Positions 12,013-24,370 are shown, counted from the stretch's first letter. The stretch: DNA of 64,000 bases from Ginglymostoma cirratum (GCA_024137785.1 JAHRHZ010000283.1:16848069-16912068); one strand, 5' to 3'. Numbers and translations are program-made. The notes: generated by a model from the sequence alone, not told the origin.

Positions 12013-14547
12013 CAAAGAAGCCGGTCCTACCTCAGTGCATTGTAATGATTACTGGCAGGGCTGGTGGGTGGTTGCAGAGAGGACTGTTTCTTGTGGTCTG
12101 TTCACATTCTCCTTTTACTGAAGTGGTCACTTTCTGCACACCTTGAGTTATCTTTGAACTACTGTAGTCTGATAAAGTTGCAGGATGAGTCTGAGCATTG
12201 GATATTCCCTTCGCTGATTGTCCCCTATCACAATCTTGTAATTTCATAAAATATAGTTTCCAGTTTTATCCGCAGTATGGATAGCATGTGTGAAAGCTGA
12301 TAAGTGGACTTGTGTCCCCACTTTCTCTTTTCCTTCTGTAACAATATTCCCTCTTTGTTAAGCACCTTCTTTGCTCATTCCATTCTTTGACCATTCTGAG
12401 ACCTGTGTCTGTCGCCCTGTGCTAGTGAAGCTGTTCAGCAGTGATGCCTGGCAAGCATACGAGAGCAGCCTTGGGCAACGTTATCACCTTAGGAAGAAGT
12501 ATTGGCCTCAGAGAAAGACATACGTGACTCTACGTTTACTGCTTCATCATTGTGCACAGTAATGCTGCAAAGCGCAACTGTGTGATTTGCAACATTGAAA
12601 ATTTACCAAATCATTAGTTGGATGTGATTTTGCTTTCAGTGTTTCAAGCTGAACTGTATCAACAGTGTCAGTGGCAACCTTGGAGAGGTTTTCTATTTTG
12701 AATTAATACTTGGCTGTCAGATATACCAAGCTCTGAGATAAGCCGGATTGGATACAGAGGAAGGTTTAGTCAGTGGCTTTATTCAAAGACGAGAAGCACT
12801 TTCCCTAATTATACCGGTGACTGTTCCATTGGTATTATATCACCATAGTTCCTGGTGGATTTGATTAAGCTATTGAACACATTCTAAGCACAGGTTTAAC
12901 ATAGTATTTACTTCTCCTGTGTTTCAGGCTTCGTTAGTGGCTCTGTTGGTTTGCACTAAGAGTAACCACAGAAGCCCAAACTGTGTGCATGTGCCAACCT
13001 TTGCCACACCCTACCTTCATCTCATCCCACAATGCGGAGTCTTGCATATTTGTCGCGTGTCTTACTCAGTTGCTCGAAACGCTCGAGCGTTTTAAGAGGA
13101 ATACCCACTTTATCATCCTGAAATCCAGCAGTTTAGAGGCAACAGCTGAAATGAAGTCCCAGTAGAGCTGCAGGCTCACGAGAGGCCATTGGATCCTGCA
13201 CTTAACAATGCCACGGAACACACTGTGGCCACTACTGGAAGGACACCTGAGATTGTGAGGGTCAAGTTGTTAGCTGAGTGCTCTCTGGGCATGAAGGAGG
13301 TTTCTGAGGTTGAGTGTCACTGGAAAAGATGAGTTTTTTTGGAAACAAGGGAAGTGTATGGCTCTCAACTGCCACAGTCTTGCCCACTGTCGAGTCCGTC
13401 AATTGTGCAGTCAGGGGAGAGGTGCACAACTGGGAGCTCACCCTGGATTACTGCTAGGGAAGGCTGTCTCTTGTTTTGCCCCGTTGGAACTGAGACAACT
13501 GAATGTTTGCTGTGAAAAGGCCATAAAGTGCTCATTCATTAACCACTTAATGTCTTCAGTTGGCATTGGGGTGGTAAAGTTGAGCTTTGGCCTTCCTGTC
13601 CAATCTTAATTTAGGCAGAAATGGGATGGGTGTGATATGCCAGCATCCCATTCAATTCAGTTGTCTTCCTGCCTCCCATCTCACCATTACCTGGATCGAA
13701 GACCCTGTCCCTCGCTTCATACATCAGTGCAATGATATCCAAATTCTCATTATTGGCTTGCCGTCTAAGCAGCAGCAGTGTGTGGGATTATGGGGAGAAG
13801 GTGAGGAAATGGCTCTTTTGGAGAGTTGGCACAGACACACTGAGCTGAATGGCCTTTCTGCATATTAAAGATTGGGTGTAAAATGTCCCTGAATCACAAG
13901 TCCTGCTGCATCTTTTTGTTTTTCTACCTACTCTTACCGGGGTAATGAATGAAAGTTGTAATTCAGTCCTTTTGTTTCTGTTATGTTTTTAGCAAATTTG
14001 CTGTATGAACTCTTCTGCGCCAATTGGTTAGAAACAACCCCATTTATTCTGCATTGCCCCTTTTGAGACTGCAAGAACAGGAAATGGTGATTTCGATATA
14101 CTGGACCTGAACTCGGGTTCCTGAAGAGTAAAGAATTGACCTGCTCTTCAAATACTTTGATACATATTAAACTATCGCGGCTGCTGTACAGTCACAATCG
14201 CCTTGCTGCTGCAATATTCTGAGCGACATCGAGGATTGGGAGAAATCATTGCAGTCATCTGCCTGAATCTGGGGCCTGCTAAAGTAATGGGCCCAATCTA
14301 CTTTTTCAGTTTCTACTACTGCCAAAAGAATTATCCAGTATTTTATTTATTTACCTGTAGCACTTCGGTCATTTTGCAATCATACATGGCCTCATACAAG
14401 TCCCCCTTTGCTTGTAAGATGAGGCAATAAGCCAAGTTCCTGCCTATTAGTTCTGGTGACTGTTGCAAATCGAACTTCAGTGTAAAAAGGCACATTGTTT
14501 ATCACTGTCACTTATTACTTAACAATTTAAAGCACTTATTGACCAGA

Positions 14548-14860
14548 AAAAAAAGCCAAGGACTTGCATTTAAATAGCTCCTCTCCCAACCTTGGGACAT
14601 CACACATTACTTCACAGTTGTTTTCTACTTTTTGAAGTGTGTTTACTGTTGTAATGCACAGCAAGCTTACGCAATCAGCGAGAAAACAAAAAGAAAAGAT
14701 AATTAGTGCGAGTGATGGTGGTTAAAGGATAAAATTGGAGAAGTCACATGGACAGTGCAGCACAGATTCAGAACTGACTTGTCAACTTGGGTTAAGTGCT
14801 TGACGCCATTGTAGTGGCCTTGGGTCCGTGACATTTTACAGGATCGTAAACACTGAGACA
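14548..14860 (-). mobile_element. DeuSINE/SacSINE-like SINE, decayed
   Basis: Reverse-strand tail gacttgcatttaaatagc...gggacatc...tttttgaagtgt...actgttgtaatg...cacagcaagct recalled from this family; shared with 15806, 45255 and 53447 copies. Confidence 0.65.
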
Positions 14861-15299
14861 AGAAAAGAACCTCCACTCTAGCGCATAAGAGTAACTCCAG
14901 CCTTCAGTTGCTTTGTCATTTCAACAAACCGTCCTGCTCCGATGCTAACGTTTCCATCTTTGGTCTGCTAGTGTTTCAATTATGTGCAACACAAGCTGGA
15001 GGAACAGCGTCACATTTCCACTTCAGCACTTCACAGCCTCTAGGACTCGACTTTTAAGTTCTGACAACTTCAGAATCCATTTTGATTACAAGGCATTGTG
15101 CACCTACATAAGGGTGTCATTTTTTGTTTGTTTTTTTGGCTTTAATCACAGCAGAGTGCTTCTCCTTTTCACATGTACCCATGTACACCGATTTCACATC
15201 TCTCACTCTTTTAACTCGATTAACACATGCTTTGTCCTTCACTGTCAACGTCAGGTCCACTTGTCCTTCCTCCTGTTCTCTCAACAGCACAGAAGTCAC

Positions 15300-15412
15300 C
15301 ATTTGAAGGAAGGTCATATCAGGCTTGAAACATTAACTGACTCTCTCTTGATAGTTGTTGCCAGACCTGCTGAGTTTCTTCAGCATTTTTTGATCTTGTT
15401 TTTGTTTTGTTT
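15300..15412 (+). mobile_element. Decayed Penelope-like short element (family A)
   Basis: ttgaaggaaggtcat...gaaacattaact...ttgccagacctgctgagtttcttcagcatttt. Confidence 0.65.
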
Positions 15413-15805
15413 TTGTTCCCTATCACATTCGACATGTACCAAATGCTGGCATTAAACCTGGCCGAAATCAAGGATGAGTGTATAATGAAACTTCAAAATG
15501 GGACTATATACTGGCACACACAATGTGTGTTTTTACAAAGAAATGTGGGAGTTTTAACATTATTAGCCACGCCTTTAACTTTGAAATACTTTGACACTCC
15601 AGATCTCTGGGTGAAAATAATTAGTTGAAAACATGCAAATATATGCGCGTATCTAAAATATTATCATGGAAGCAGTCATAGTTGTTAATTTGTTAATCTG
15701 TGTCACGAAAAAGAACATTATTTCTCAGTGGCTTTGATTTTTCATGACTGTACAAGCAGAATATTTTTTTGTTACATATCCAAAATTGCACTATTTCTGT
15801 ATGGA

Positions 15806-16335
15806 AAGAAAGATTTGCATTGGTCTAGCAGCTTCCTCCATCAGGATCTTACAAAACAATTTGCAGCTAGTTAAGTACCTTTATAAAGTGATATACATTT
15901 GCAGCAAATAGTGCAGTCAAATAGGCATAGTAAGATTCCACACACAGCAGTTACACAATCAAAAGCAAAAATTACTGGAGAAACTCAGGTCTGGCAGCAT
16001 CTGTGGAGAGACAGCAGAGGTCATGTTTCAGGTCCAGTGACCCTTCTTCAGAATTGGGTTCTACAAGTTCTGCAGTAGGATCACTGGACCCGAAACATTA
16101 GCTCTGCTTTCTCTCCACAGACGCTGCCAGACCTGCAGAGTTCCTCCAGCAATTCTCATTTTTGTTTCAGTTTCCGGCATCTACAATTCTTTGATTTATT
16201 ATACCAGTTACAGAATGGCTGATGATATTTTTGATCTCTGTTTAAGAAGATGAGTGTTGAAGAGGAAACTGAGAGCTTCCTTGAACGTTCTTACACACCA
16301 CTGTAGTCTTTTATATACACTGTGAGGTGAGACAA
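15806..16335 (-). mobile_element. DeuSINE/SacSINE-like SINE interrupted by a Penelope-like palindrome
   Basis: aagaaagatttgcatt...gcagctagttaagtacc...cacacacagcag; resumes after 16205. Confidence 0.55.
15956..16204. mobile_element. Fold-back Penelope-like element (family A), hammerhead-like motif in each arm
   Basis: About 90-nt inverted arms 15961-16053 and 16068-16165 around a short spacer; minus strand CTGAAGA-A-GGGTC-ACTG-GACCT-GAAAC; plus strand CTGCAGTA-GGATC-ACTG-GACCC-GAAAC; direct repeat cagttaca at 15948-15955 and 16205-16212. Confidence 0.85.
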
Positions 16336-17549
16336 AGCATAGGAACCAGGTCTAGGCCAAACAACGATGTAACAAAAAACCTTCCCATAAAATTGACAGT
16401 GGAAATACTCACCAAGACTTCACATTGTGAATCTCAAACTGGTACGTGTCACAAAAAAGGCCTGTGAATTGTGCTTTTCAACAGTTAAGTAAATGCAGTG
16501 TATGCAACTATTTTTTGCAAGTCAGAGATAAATGGGCAGCGTGTGTTGAGTTAGATGACTACAGAGGTCTTGGTGTTAGTTTTGCAAACGCAGTTGAATT
16601 AGCTGGGTTAATATTTTTATTTAAGTCTAGTTACCGTCATCTTACAGTTCATCTGTTGAACTAAGCAGTTCCTGTGTTGATGGATTGGCATCCAGCATTC
16701 AAAATTAATTTAGTGCTTTTGTTTATGTGTGCACCCATAACCAAATACGAAGGAAGTGCCAGTATAACATGGTTTTCAAAAATGTTACACGTTTGCATGT
16801 ACTTCAGCTCTGAGTCGCAGAATCTGCTCGAACGTTGAAATATTCCAAATTTCGTTCTGCTGCTGACTAGTTAGCAATCCTTTTAGATCATTTTCGTGTA
16901 AAGTTCAAAATTCAATGTGGTCGAGCTTCTCATCATCCACAGTATTTTTCCTTAATAAAACATGGGCAGAGCCAAAATAACATCTGAAGTTTCCAGGGAC
17001 TGTTAGACCACCCTGGATTTATGTTTATTAACTAATATATTTCACAGTTCACAGTGCACAGCAACTGTTTATCTGAATTAAAGTCAAAATTAAATATGAT
17101 ACACTTTGAAAATATTCTGTTGACATCTGAAAGAATGGATGTTCTGATTTGGAGTATTACAGGAAATAGCAAGTTTCCTCACCCTCGTATTCTCTTACAG
17201 GATCCTGACCCATGTCTTTCTTCAGTGCGGTATAATTTTTCAGGAACGGTTTTATTCTGAGATATTCATCATTTATTGCAGCTTCTAAGTACCCCTCTCA
17301 AATGACTCAGCAGTAAATGTTCATGGTTTGTGATACGAGTTTGCCTGCAGCAGGATATTGTGCCTGAGGGCAATATTTGCATTCTTCCCATAACATATGA
17401 GACTGGATGTGAATGTCATGATATTGAAGAATCCAACATATATCTGTTGCAGCTAGCTAGTGTGTACAGACATCACGTTCCTCACACAAATCAGTGTCTG
17501 GGCTAACGTTAAGCTATTTAGTTACACAGAAAGCAATGTGCTTTGGGTA

Positions 17550-17850
17550 ATCCTGGGGTAGAATGGAATATGAGACCTTTATGCACTCTGGTCCCCATGC
17601 CTTGATACAGTGATAATATCATGAGCATGATTTACTGATTGAGAGACATAACATAGCACACGGAGGATTTCCGAACACACTCCTTAACCAAAAGTCCAGA
17701 CCCACATATTTGTCAGTTAGGTGTGCCTGGATGAAGAGCGGGAATCCTCCTCTTGTGAGATAGAGGACTCAGTTGCAGCATTACGATTGTTGCCCTGGAC
17801 TGAGTTGGTGAAGGTTGCAAATTAAGGTTTGACCGAAGACTCTCCTGATC
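17550..17850 (-). mobile_element. LF-SINE-like element, old
   Basis: Reverse strand has ordered blocks ctcagtccagggcaaca...gctgcaactg, ggattcccgctcttcatc, gtctggac...ggttaagga, ctaccccag resembling the recalled LF-SINE consensus. Confidence 0.5.
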
Positions 17851-19404
17851 TCATTGAATCAATTGCCCATTTTAACATGTGTTTATGAAATGAACCATCA
17901 AAGCATCCCATTAAGCAAATATTTGACCTGATGTAACTAATGGTTCTCAAACACCAACAGATTCACTACGTTTCTGCTAAGATTTCAAATGATGTGTATT
18001 CCAATTTAAAGCAATAAAATGTTTACAAGCTATTGTTTCCTCTGTTGAAGTATCTGAATTCCTTGCATAAGATAGATGTTTGAAAGCCTGTGGATTTAAT
18101 GATAAAAAAGCATTGAGAGTTTTGTGGCGAAAGAAGATATGTCTGACCCTAAGGGGTTTATGGCTGTGTTGGTAAACAACGTGGGATCTCATCAATCATT
18201 GTCATTTGATGTTGAACTGTTTTGAAAATGAAAGCTATTGGGAGGCAGGAATCATTTTTGCGTTTTGCATCTGACAAGCAATTTGGAGCTCTGGAAACAG
18301 TGAGGTACCCACTTTGGCACTTGGCAATGAGGATTACTTTGATTAAATTAGTGAGGAATATAGTGCTGACAAGTCTCTAGGTGAAAACTTTGCGGAATTT
18401 GGATGCTTTGTAACCATTTCAAGTTCTAACATTCTTCATCTTAAGAAAAATAAACTGACTGAACTTGGTGACTGGTGTTGTACGTAGTCAGGTGAGAAGA
18501 GGGCGGGGGGACGGACAAGGCCTCGGTTGGACTGACCTTCCCCCAATAGAGGCCCTTCTCTGAGAAATCAAAGACCACTAAAAAGCAACTTTTGGACTGA
18601 CAGAAGGGATGAGAGAGCAGTTGGAAAGGGTCCTTTCTCAGGCTTTGGATGAGAGAGGGGTGGGGTGAATCTCCTTCTGCGATTGGTTTCCAAAATCCTC
18701 ACCCCACTCCCAACACAAGGAAACCCTCCCTGGCAGCTGCTCCTTGCTCTGCCCCTACAGCTTCTTCATTAAGCTCCCCTCCCCAAGCACCTTCTCCCCC
18801 CACCCCGCAGCCTAACCCCCACTTTGGTCTCTCCTTTCCCTGCTGTGCGGCTACTTGCACTTAGACTTCAACGTCAGGACTTGCACTTTAAGCCCTGGCC
18901 ACTGCTGCTGGCACCAGAACATCTGGGACGTATTCCCTGAGGAAGAATTTCCCTCCCTCCCAAGAGACGAAGAGGGTGGCTCCCTTGCCAACCCTTGATG
19001 GTAATAGCGGAGTCAGTATCAGTAGGCTGTCTGATTGTTTGAGTGTGTGGGTGCAAAACCAGGATCCTGTCCGTTAAGGGAATGAGCTATGGCTGGACCC
19101 TTGCTCTTTCCCCTCCTTGGTACTTTTTTAAAAAAAATGCCACTTTGTGCCTAGACTCACTGTTGGACAAGTTGGTGGAGGCTTGTTGGCAGCTGTAGTA
19201 CCACATCCTGGAATGCACTTTCTCTGTCGAGGGGGTGAGGGGAAGGATCAGATAGGGAAACTAAAAATATCTTTTGACTTTGGATTCTCAGAAATATTGA
19301 GAATGTGACTGCAAATGTTCCAGTTCAGCAGTGAAACGTATAATTCGTTTGTCCTTTGAATCACTGACAAATATTTGATACTTGCCTCGAACAACAATAT
19401 TTTG

Positions 19405-21015
19405 TTTTGATTAGATTTATTACTATTACGTGTACCTAGGTACAGTGAAAGGTGTGTGCAGTACAGGTAGATCATACCACATAAAGTGTATAGGGGTAAT
19501 AGTACAGAGCATGGAATACAATATTATGGCTGCAGAGATTGAAGAGTTCGCCTGTTAATCTGCAACTTTTTAAGCAACTTCTTAAGGACTCTTCCAAACC
19601 AAAAGATTGAGTGCAGACAGAGAGCCTTCTGGATTTCCGGACGCTTCATGATGCTACACAGATTAGTGTTTGTCAATTGCTTTTTGTTTGTTTTTGTTGT
19701 CACCTGTACTGAAATACAGTGAAAAGCTTTGTTTATGAGCAGTACAGTGGTACTGGAAAGAGGCTGTTCCTGAACCTACTTGTGCATGTGTTCAGGCTTC
19801 TGTATCTTCTGCCTGACGGAAGGGGTTATAGAGGTTATTACCAGGGTGTGATGGTTCTTTGATGTTGGCCGTCTTTCCGTGGCAACGGGCCGTGTAAAGA
19901 GAGTCCATAGATGGAAGGTTGACGTCCATGATGGTCTGGGCTGTGCACACAACCTTCTGTAGTTTCTTACGTTCCTGGCAGAGCAGCTGTTGTACCAGGC
20001 CGTTATGCACCCAGACAGTATGCTTTCAATGCTGCGTCTGTAGAAGTTGGTGAGGATCCTCATGGACATGCCAAATTTCCTGAGCCGCCTGAGGAAGAAG
20101 AGGTGTTGTTGTGCTTTTTTGACTGTCACATTTACATGGGAAGTCCAGGACAGGTCATTGGTTATCGTCACTTTGAGGAACTTGATGCTCTTTGCTCTCT
20201 CAGCCTCAGTTCTGTTGATGTAGATGGAGGTGTGTTCTCCTCCTTTCTTTCTGAAGTTGATGATCAGTTCTTTAGTTTTGCTGATGTTGGGAGACAGACT
20301 GTTTTTGTTGCACCACGTCACCAAGCCCTCTACCTCCCTTCTGTATTCTGACTCGTCGTTGTTAGATATCCACCCCGTCAATTGTCAATCTAAGGTGGTG
20401 TCGTCAGCGAACTTGTAGATGCTGTTCGTTCGGAATTTGGCAACACAATTGTAGGCGTACAGCGAGTACAGTAGGGGGCTGAGGACGCATCCATGGTGGG
20501 GTGGGCGGGTGTGGTGGTGCGCGCTCCGGTGTTGAGAGTTATCGTGGAGGAGGTGCAGTTGTCTGTCTTCACTGATTGCGGTCTGTGACTCAGAAAGCTG
20601 AGGATCCGGTTGCAGAGGGCAGAGCCAAGACCAAGGTCAAGGAGTTTTGAAACCAGTCTGGAGGGGATAATGGCATTGAAGGTAGAGCTGTAGTCAATGA
20701 GCAGGAGTCTGACGTAGGTGTCTTTGTTGTCCAGATGTTCCAGGGATGAGTGCAGGGCTAGGAATATGGCATCCTCTGTTGATCTGTTATGTTGGTAGGC
20801 AAACTGTAGGGGATTGAAGCAGGTTGGGAGACTGGAGTTGATGAGGGCCATGACCAGCCTCTTGAAGCACTTCGTGATTATTGAGGTCAGATCCACTGGG
20901 CGATAGTTATTAAGGCACACTGCATGTGTTTTCTTGGGTGCAGGGATGATGGTGGTCTTCTTGAAGCAGGTGGGACCCTTGGCTTGTAGGAGGGAGAGTT
21001 TGAAGATTAGTGTTC
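19405..21015 (-). mobile_element. Rex1/Babar LINE, 5'-truncated, frameshifted RT with 3' tail pieces
   Basis: ORF 20390-21046 ([49 protein letters not shown]) and ORF 19776-20381 (SKTKELIINFRK, KKAQQ.LFFLRRLRKF, FYR.SIESIL..CITAWY); IYKFADDTT at about 20394-20420; tail motif tacagtgaaa at 19441 and 19716. Confidence 0.93.
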
Positions 21016-21249
21016 GTGCAGAGCACATCATCAATGTTTGGACCATTTAACGTGATCGTGGTACTTAAGAATCAAGCAATCTACTCGAACTCAGAATTTT
21101 ATGTTAAGTGTTTGTAGTTACAGTTTAACATGTGAATAATCTATGTTTGACTTTTACCTATAATCAGTGTCTTTCAGATGTAGAGGTGAGCTGCCCTGAA
21201 TTTTAAGTTAGTTTATTGGTGGTCTTTTTAGAGAATGCTTACCTAAAAT

Positions 21250-21465
21250 GAGGGAGTCAGTTAGCTCAGGCTGGTTTGCGATGCAGACTGATGTCAACAG
21301 TGCGGGTCCAGTTCCTGCATCGACTGAGGTTGTCGTCAAGGTCCCACATTCTCAACCTCGCCCTTCGCTTGAGGCTTGGTGACCCTTGGGTTAAATCACC
21401 ACCAGTCAACTGTCTCTGTAATGAGAAAGTAATCTTCTGATTCTCTGGGGCTATGACGAGTTTAA
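21250..21465 (+). mobile_element. tRNA-derived SINE, family unassigned
   Basis: A-box-like cagttagctcag, B-box-like gggtccagttcc, 3' end ctctggggctatgacgagttta; related copy at 58777-58966 and 3' fragment at 5677-5730. Confidence 0.7.
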
Positions 21466-22888
21466 TCATCCAAAACTCAGCTGTGTTCATCTAGAGCTGA
21501 GAGCACAGCTCGAGCTTGTACTGCATGGAGTGAATCGAACTGTTATGGAATTTTCCACACTGGAATGAAAAGTCACAAATTTCTGTGCTTCCTTCTATCT
21601 CACTTTCAATGTTGCATTCAAATTATCCATTCAATAAGTCATTGAAGATTGATGTGCCCTTGCGGACGTAACATTTAGAACATTAATAATCCCAAACAAA
21701 CTGGATGATAGTACAACTACTGGGATGTGGGCTGAGTTTTCTGCCTTGCTTCCATTCTCTCAATGACCAGTGGAGGTCAAAAATTCACCTTGTGGAACGC
21801 TGGTTCTCAAAGTTTCACTGGTTTCACCTTCAGCTCCTTTTCTCATTTTAAAAAAAAACTTTCGAATGCATTTTGTAAAAGTTACATTTAGTGATCTAGC
21901 CTGAGGTTGTAGGTAAAAAAAATAAAATGCCCACTGTACTTGGACCTTTTGAAGATCATGAAGTAGTTTTGCTTCCAGGCTGTTGTGTTTGCTGTTTGTC
22001 TTGCATTGCTTGTAGGAATTTCCACTAGATTTTACTCAATCATCTGTCACAGTCTGCATTTTATAATTAATCCATATTCACACGTAGGGGACTGTATTGT
22101 CTAGATGGTACTGTAAGGAGGCATTTTGTAATATCAGTGCAATATCAGTTTCTCTGGGCTTTTGTTGTACGTTTTGATCTCAACTATAAGACTAACAATA
22201 GACCTTCTCTAGTCTGATATAATCTTCTTGTTTGGAAAGTTGTTATATTGAGCATTTTGCAGCTTTCCTGATCTCGTTTACTGGAGTACATGTGCCAATT
22301 GCTGATTTATTCCCAGTATTGATAAGTAGATTTTTACAGAAGGATCACTACAGTTTACTTATGATGAATCTACTGGAAATGGGGTGTTGGGATCTTTCTT
22401 TGTAACCTGGTAAAATCTTGATTACCCTGTTGTCGGCCTCCAAATGAATTGACATAGTGTTGAGCAAAAATTTATCTCTATTGAACCTCCTGGGAGATTT
22501 TGGGTTGCACTGACAGAATATAGCTGTTCATTTAACTTGTGATGATAGTCTGATCTTACTAACCTTCCTGCCTACCTACTTATTCATGCCTCTTAATGTT
22601 TTGAAGATGTGATCACAATTCCTTCTTATTCTTTGTACAAAGAGTCATTCAGCTTTACAAAGCTGCTTTAGGTCCACAATCATTCCTGATAATCTAAAAT
22701 TCTTAGCGACACATTCCTCCTGCCATCTGAAGATGCTATGGTTAAATTTCAATGTCAATAGCAACAATTTTCACAGGCTAGAAAGACATGTATTCCAGTG
22801 TCTTCAAGGTGAATCTTTTTCTGAAATAGTTTAGATACGTACTTTAAACAGTCACCTTCTTCTGCTGTTAGGATATTTTTAAATCAGA

Positions 22889-22985
22889 TTGTTCAGAGGT
22901 GTCGTCACACACCTCTGGAGCAGGTGGGACTTGAACCTCGGCCTCCCGGCTCAGAGGTAGGGATACTACCACTGTTCCAGAGGCT
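22889..22985 (-). mobile_element. Short tRNA-derived SINE/tRNA pseudogene with 3' hairpin
   Basis: Reverse strand A box TGGAACAGTGG and B box GGTTCAAGTCC; inverted repeat cagaggtgt...acacctctg at 22894-22917. Confidence 0.7.
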
Positions 22986-24044
22986 CCTTTTACTGACTGC
23001 CAGGCTATGGGATCATGAATGGGGTCTGAATGTTTGCATCAGCAAGTCATCCATTCACAAGTGAGCGCTAGCTTTCCCTGTAGAAGACATTTCTAAAAGC
23101 AGCAAAATTGGTTAATAATTCACTCAGGTAAGTCAGGCTCCTTTATACTCAACAAATACAGTGATAATGTTTTACCCCATGTACAGAATTATTTTCAGCA
23201 ACAAATAGCCATTAAAGTTTGTAAATTTCTTAAGACTAATCATCAGTGCCATCAGGCAACAGTGAAGTCTGATGAAGAATTAGAATCATTGCTCAAATGA
23301 TCCAGTAGAGACAAAAGAATCCATTTGGCTTATCATCTGGAATACAGTGTTCACTTGTGGTGCCGTCAAGTAATGGGAGTACGTAATCATTATGTAGTAC
23401 GTAACTGCAAGGTCTTTAATGAAAACAAAAAGCTAGCAGAATGGACTGGTTATTTGTTTAAAAAGCTTTGATTAAGGTATTCAAGATAGTAAGACATTTG
23501 ATGATTGTGTTTTGGCTCAGAGTCGAGGGGAAACCAAGGCAAATAAATGCAACACGCCAGGGCAACAGATGTGTGGGTCATCAGCACATCCAAGTCTCCT
23601 GTCAATGCAAACACCATCCTGATTTGGACACATTGTTGGATTGATTCCTTCATTGTTCAGTGAGTCAAGGGAGACAAGTGTCTTTTCTAACATGTTGCAT
23701 TGTGATCTTAAATGCACTGCCTCAAAATGCAAAGGAAGACATCTTTAAAAAAAAACATGTAGAGTGCTGTATTGGAGAATTGCAATAACGAATTCAAAGA
23801 TACAACCTCGACAAAATGGGCTGAATGGCCTCCTTCTATGCTGCAAGATTCCACTTGCAGTAAAATTTGTTGTGATCATTTGAACTTTGACATTCTTGCA
23901 TTAGTCCTGATGATTGGAAAAGAAATTGGCAAAATGTTTGTCTCTTCAGTATGTCTTCTATGTGACCTATTGACTGACTATAATCAGTATAGGTAGGAAT
24001 GAGAAAAAATGGGGAGTGACCATACTGACCAAAGATGCTGTTAC

Positions 24045-24082
24045 AGTTTTGAGGAAGGGTCACCGGACCCGAAACGTTAACT
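24045..24082 (+). ncRNA. Minimal type-I hammerhead-ribozyme-like motif (C3 changed to U)
   Basis: AGTT (stem I)-TTGAGGA-A-GGGTC-ACCG-GACCC (stem II)-GAAA-CGT-T-AACT (stem I'); helix III is the loop-less palindrome ACGT. Confidence 0.65.
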
Positions 24083-24142
24083 CTGTTTTCTCCTCCACAG
24101 ATGCTGCCAGACCTGCTGAGCTTTTCCAGCAACTTTGTTTTT
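24047..24142 (+). mobile_element. Single-arm Penelope-like short element (family A) with exact 13-bp TSD
   Basis: gatgctgttacag at 24034-24046 and 24143-24155 flanks the element. Confidence 0.88.
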
Positions 24143-24199
24143 GATGCTGTTACAGAACTTGAATTGCAGAATAATAGAGAAATTGCTGGCTACAATAAA

Positions 24200-24370
24200 T
24201 GGATCACCAAAAGGAGTGAAATAAAATTAATAACTCTCAAAATGGAGTTAGGTATGAACTTTCAGGGAGGAATTTGCAGGATTATGAGAGAATTGAGGAT
24301 GATTGAATAGTTCTTTTGAAGAGACTACACATACATGATGGCCAAATTGCCACCATCTGTGGTGTTGTAT
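24200..24370 (+). mobile_element. CR1 3' UTR fragment
   Basis: tttgcaggattatgagaga...gaatagttcttttgaagag...atgatggccaaattgcc. Confidence 0.6.

Noticed and set aside
15961-16190. Fold-back elements as DNA-transposon MITEs or miRNA precursors
   Set aside because: Arms are often single or asymmetric with 13-bp TSDs and variable truncation, which fits retrotransposition better than terminal inverted repeats; no known mature miRNA recognised.
19776-21046. Two longest ORFs as a host gene or active retroelement
   Set aside because: Rex1/Babar RT fragments, frameshifted around the PQG and FADD region and 5'-truncated.
23084-23127. 44-nt exon-like segment (ttccctgtag...CAG|gtaagt)
   Set aside because: Short pyrimidine tract, not frame-preserving, no recognised peptide; similar chance candidates occur at 3506-3536 and 37830.
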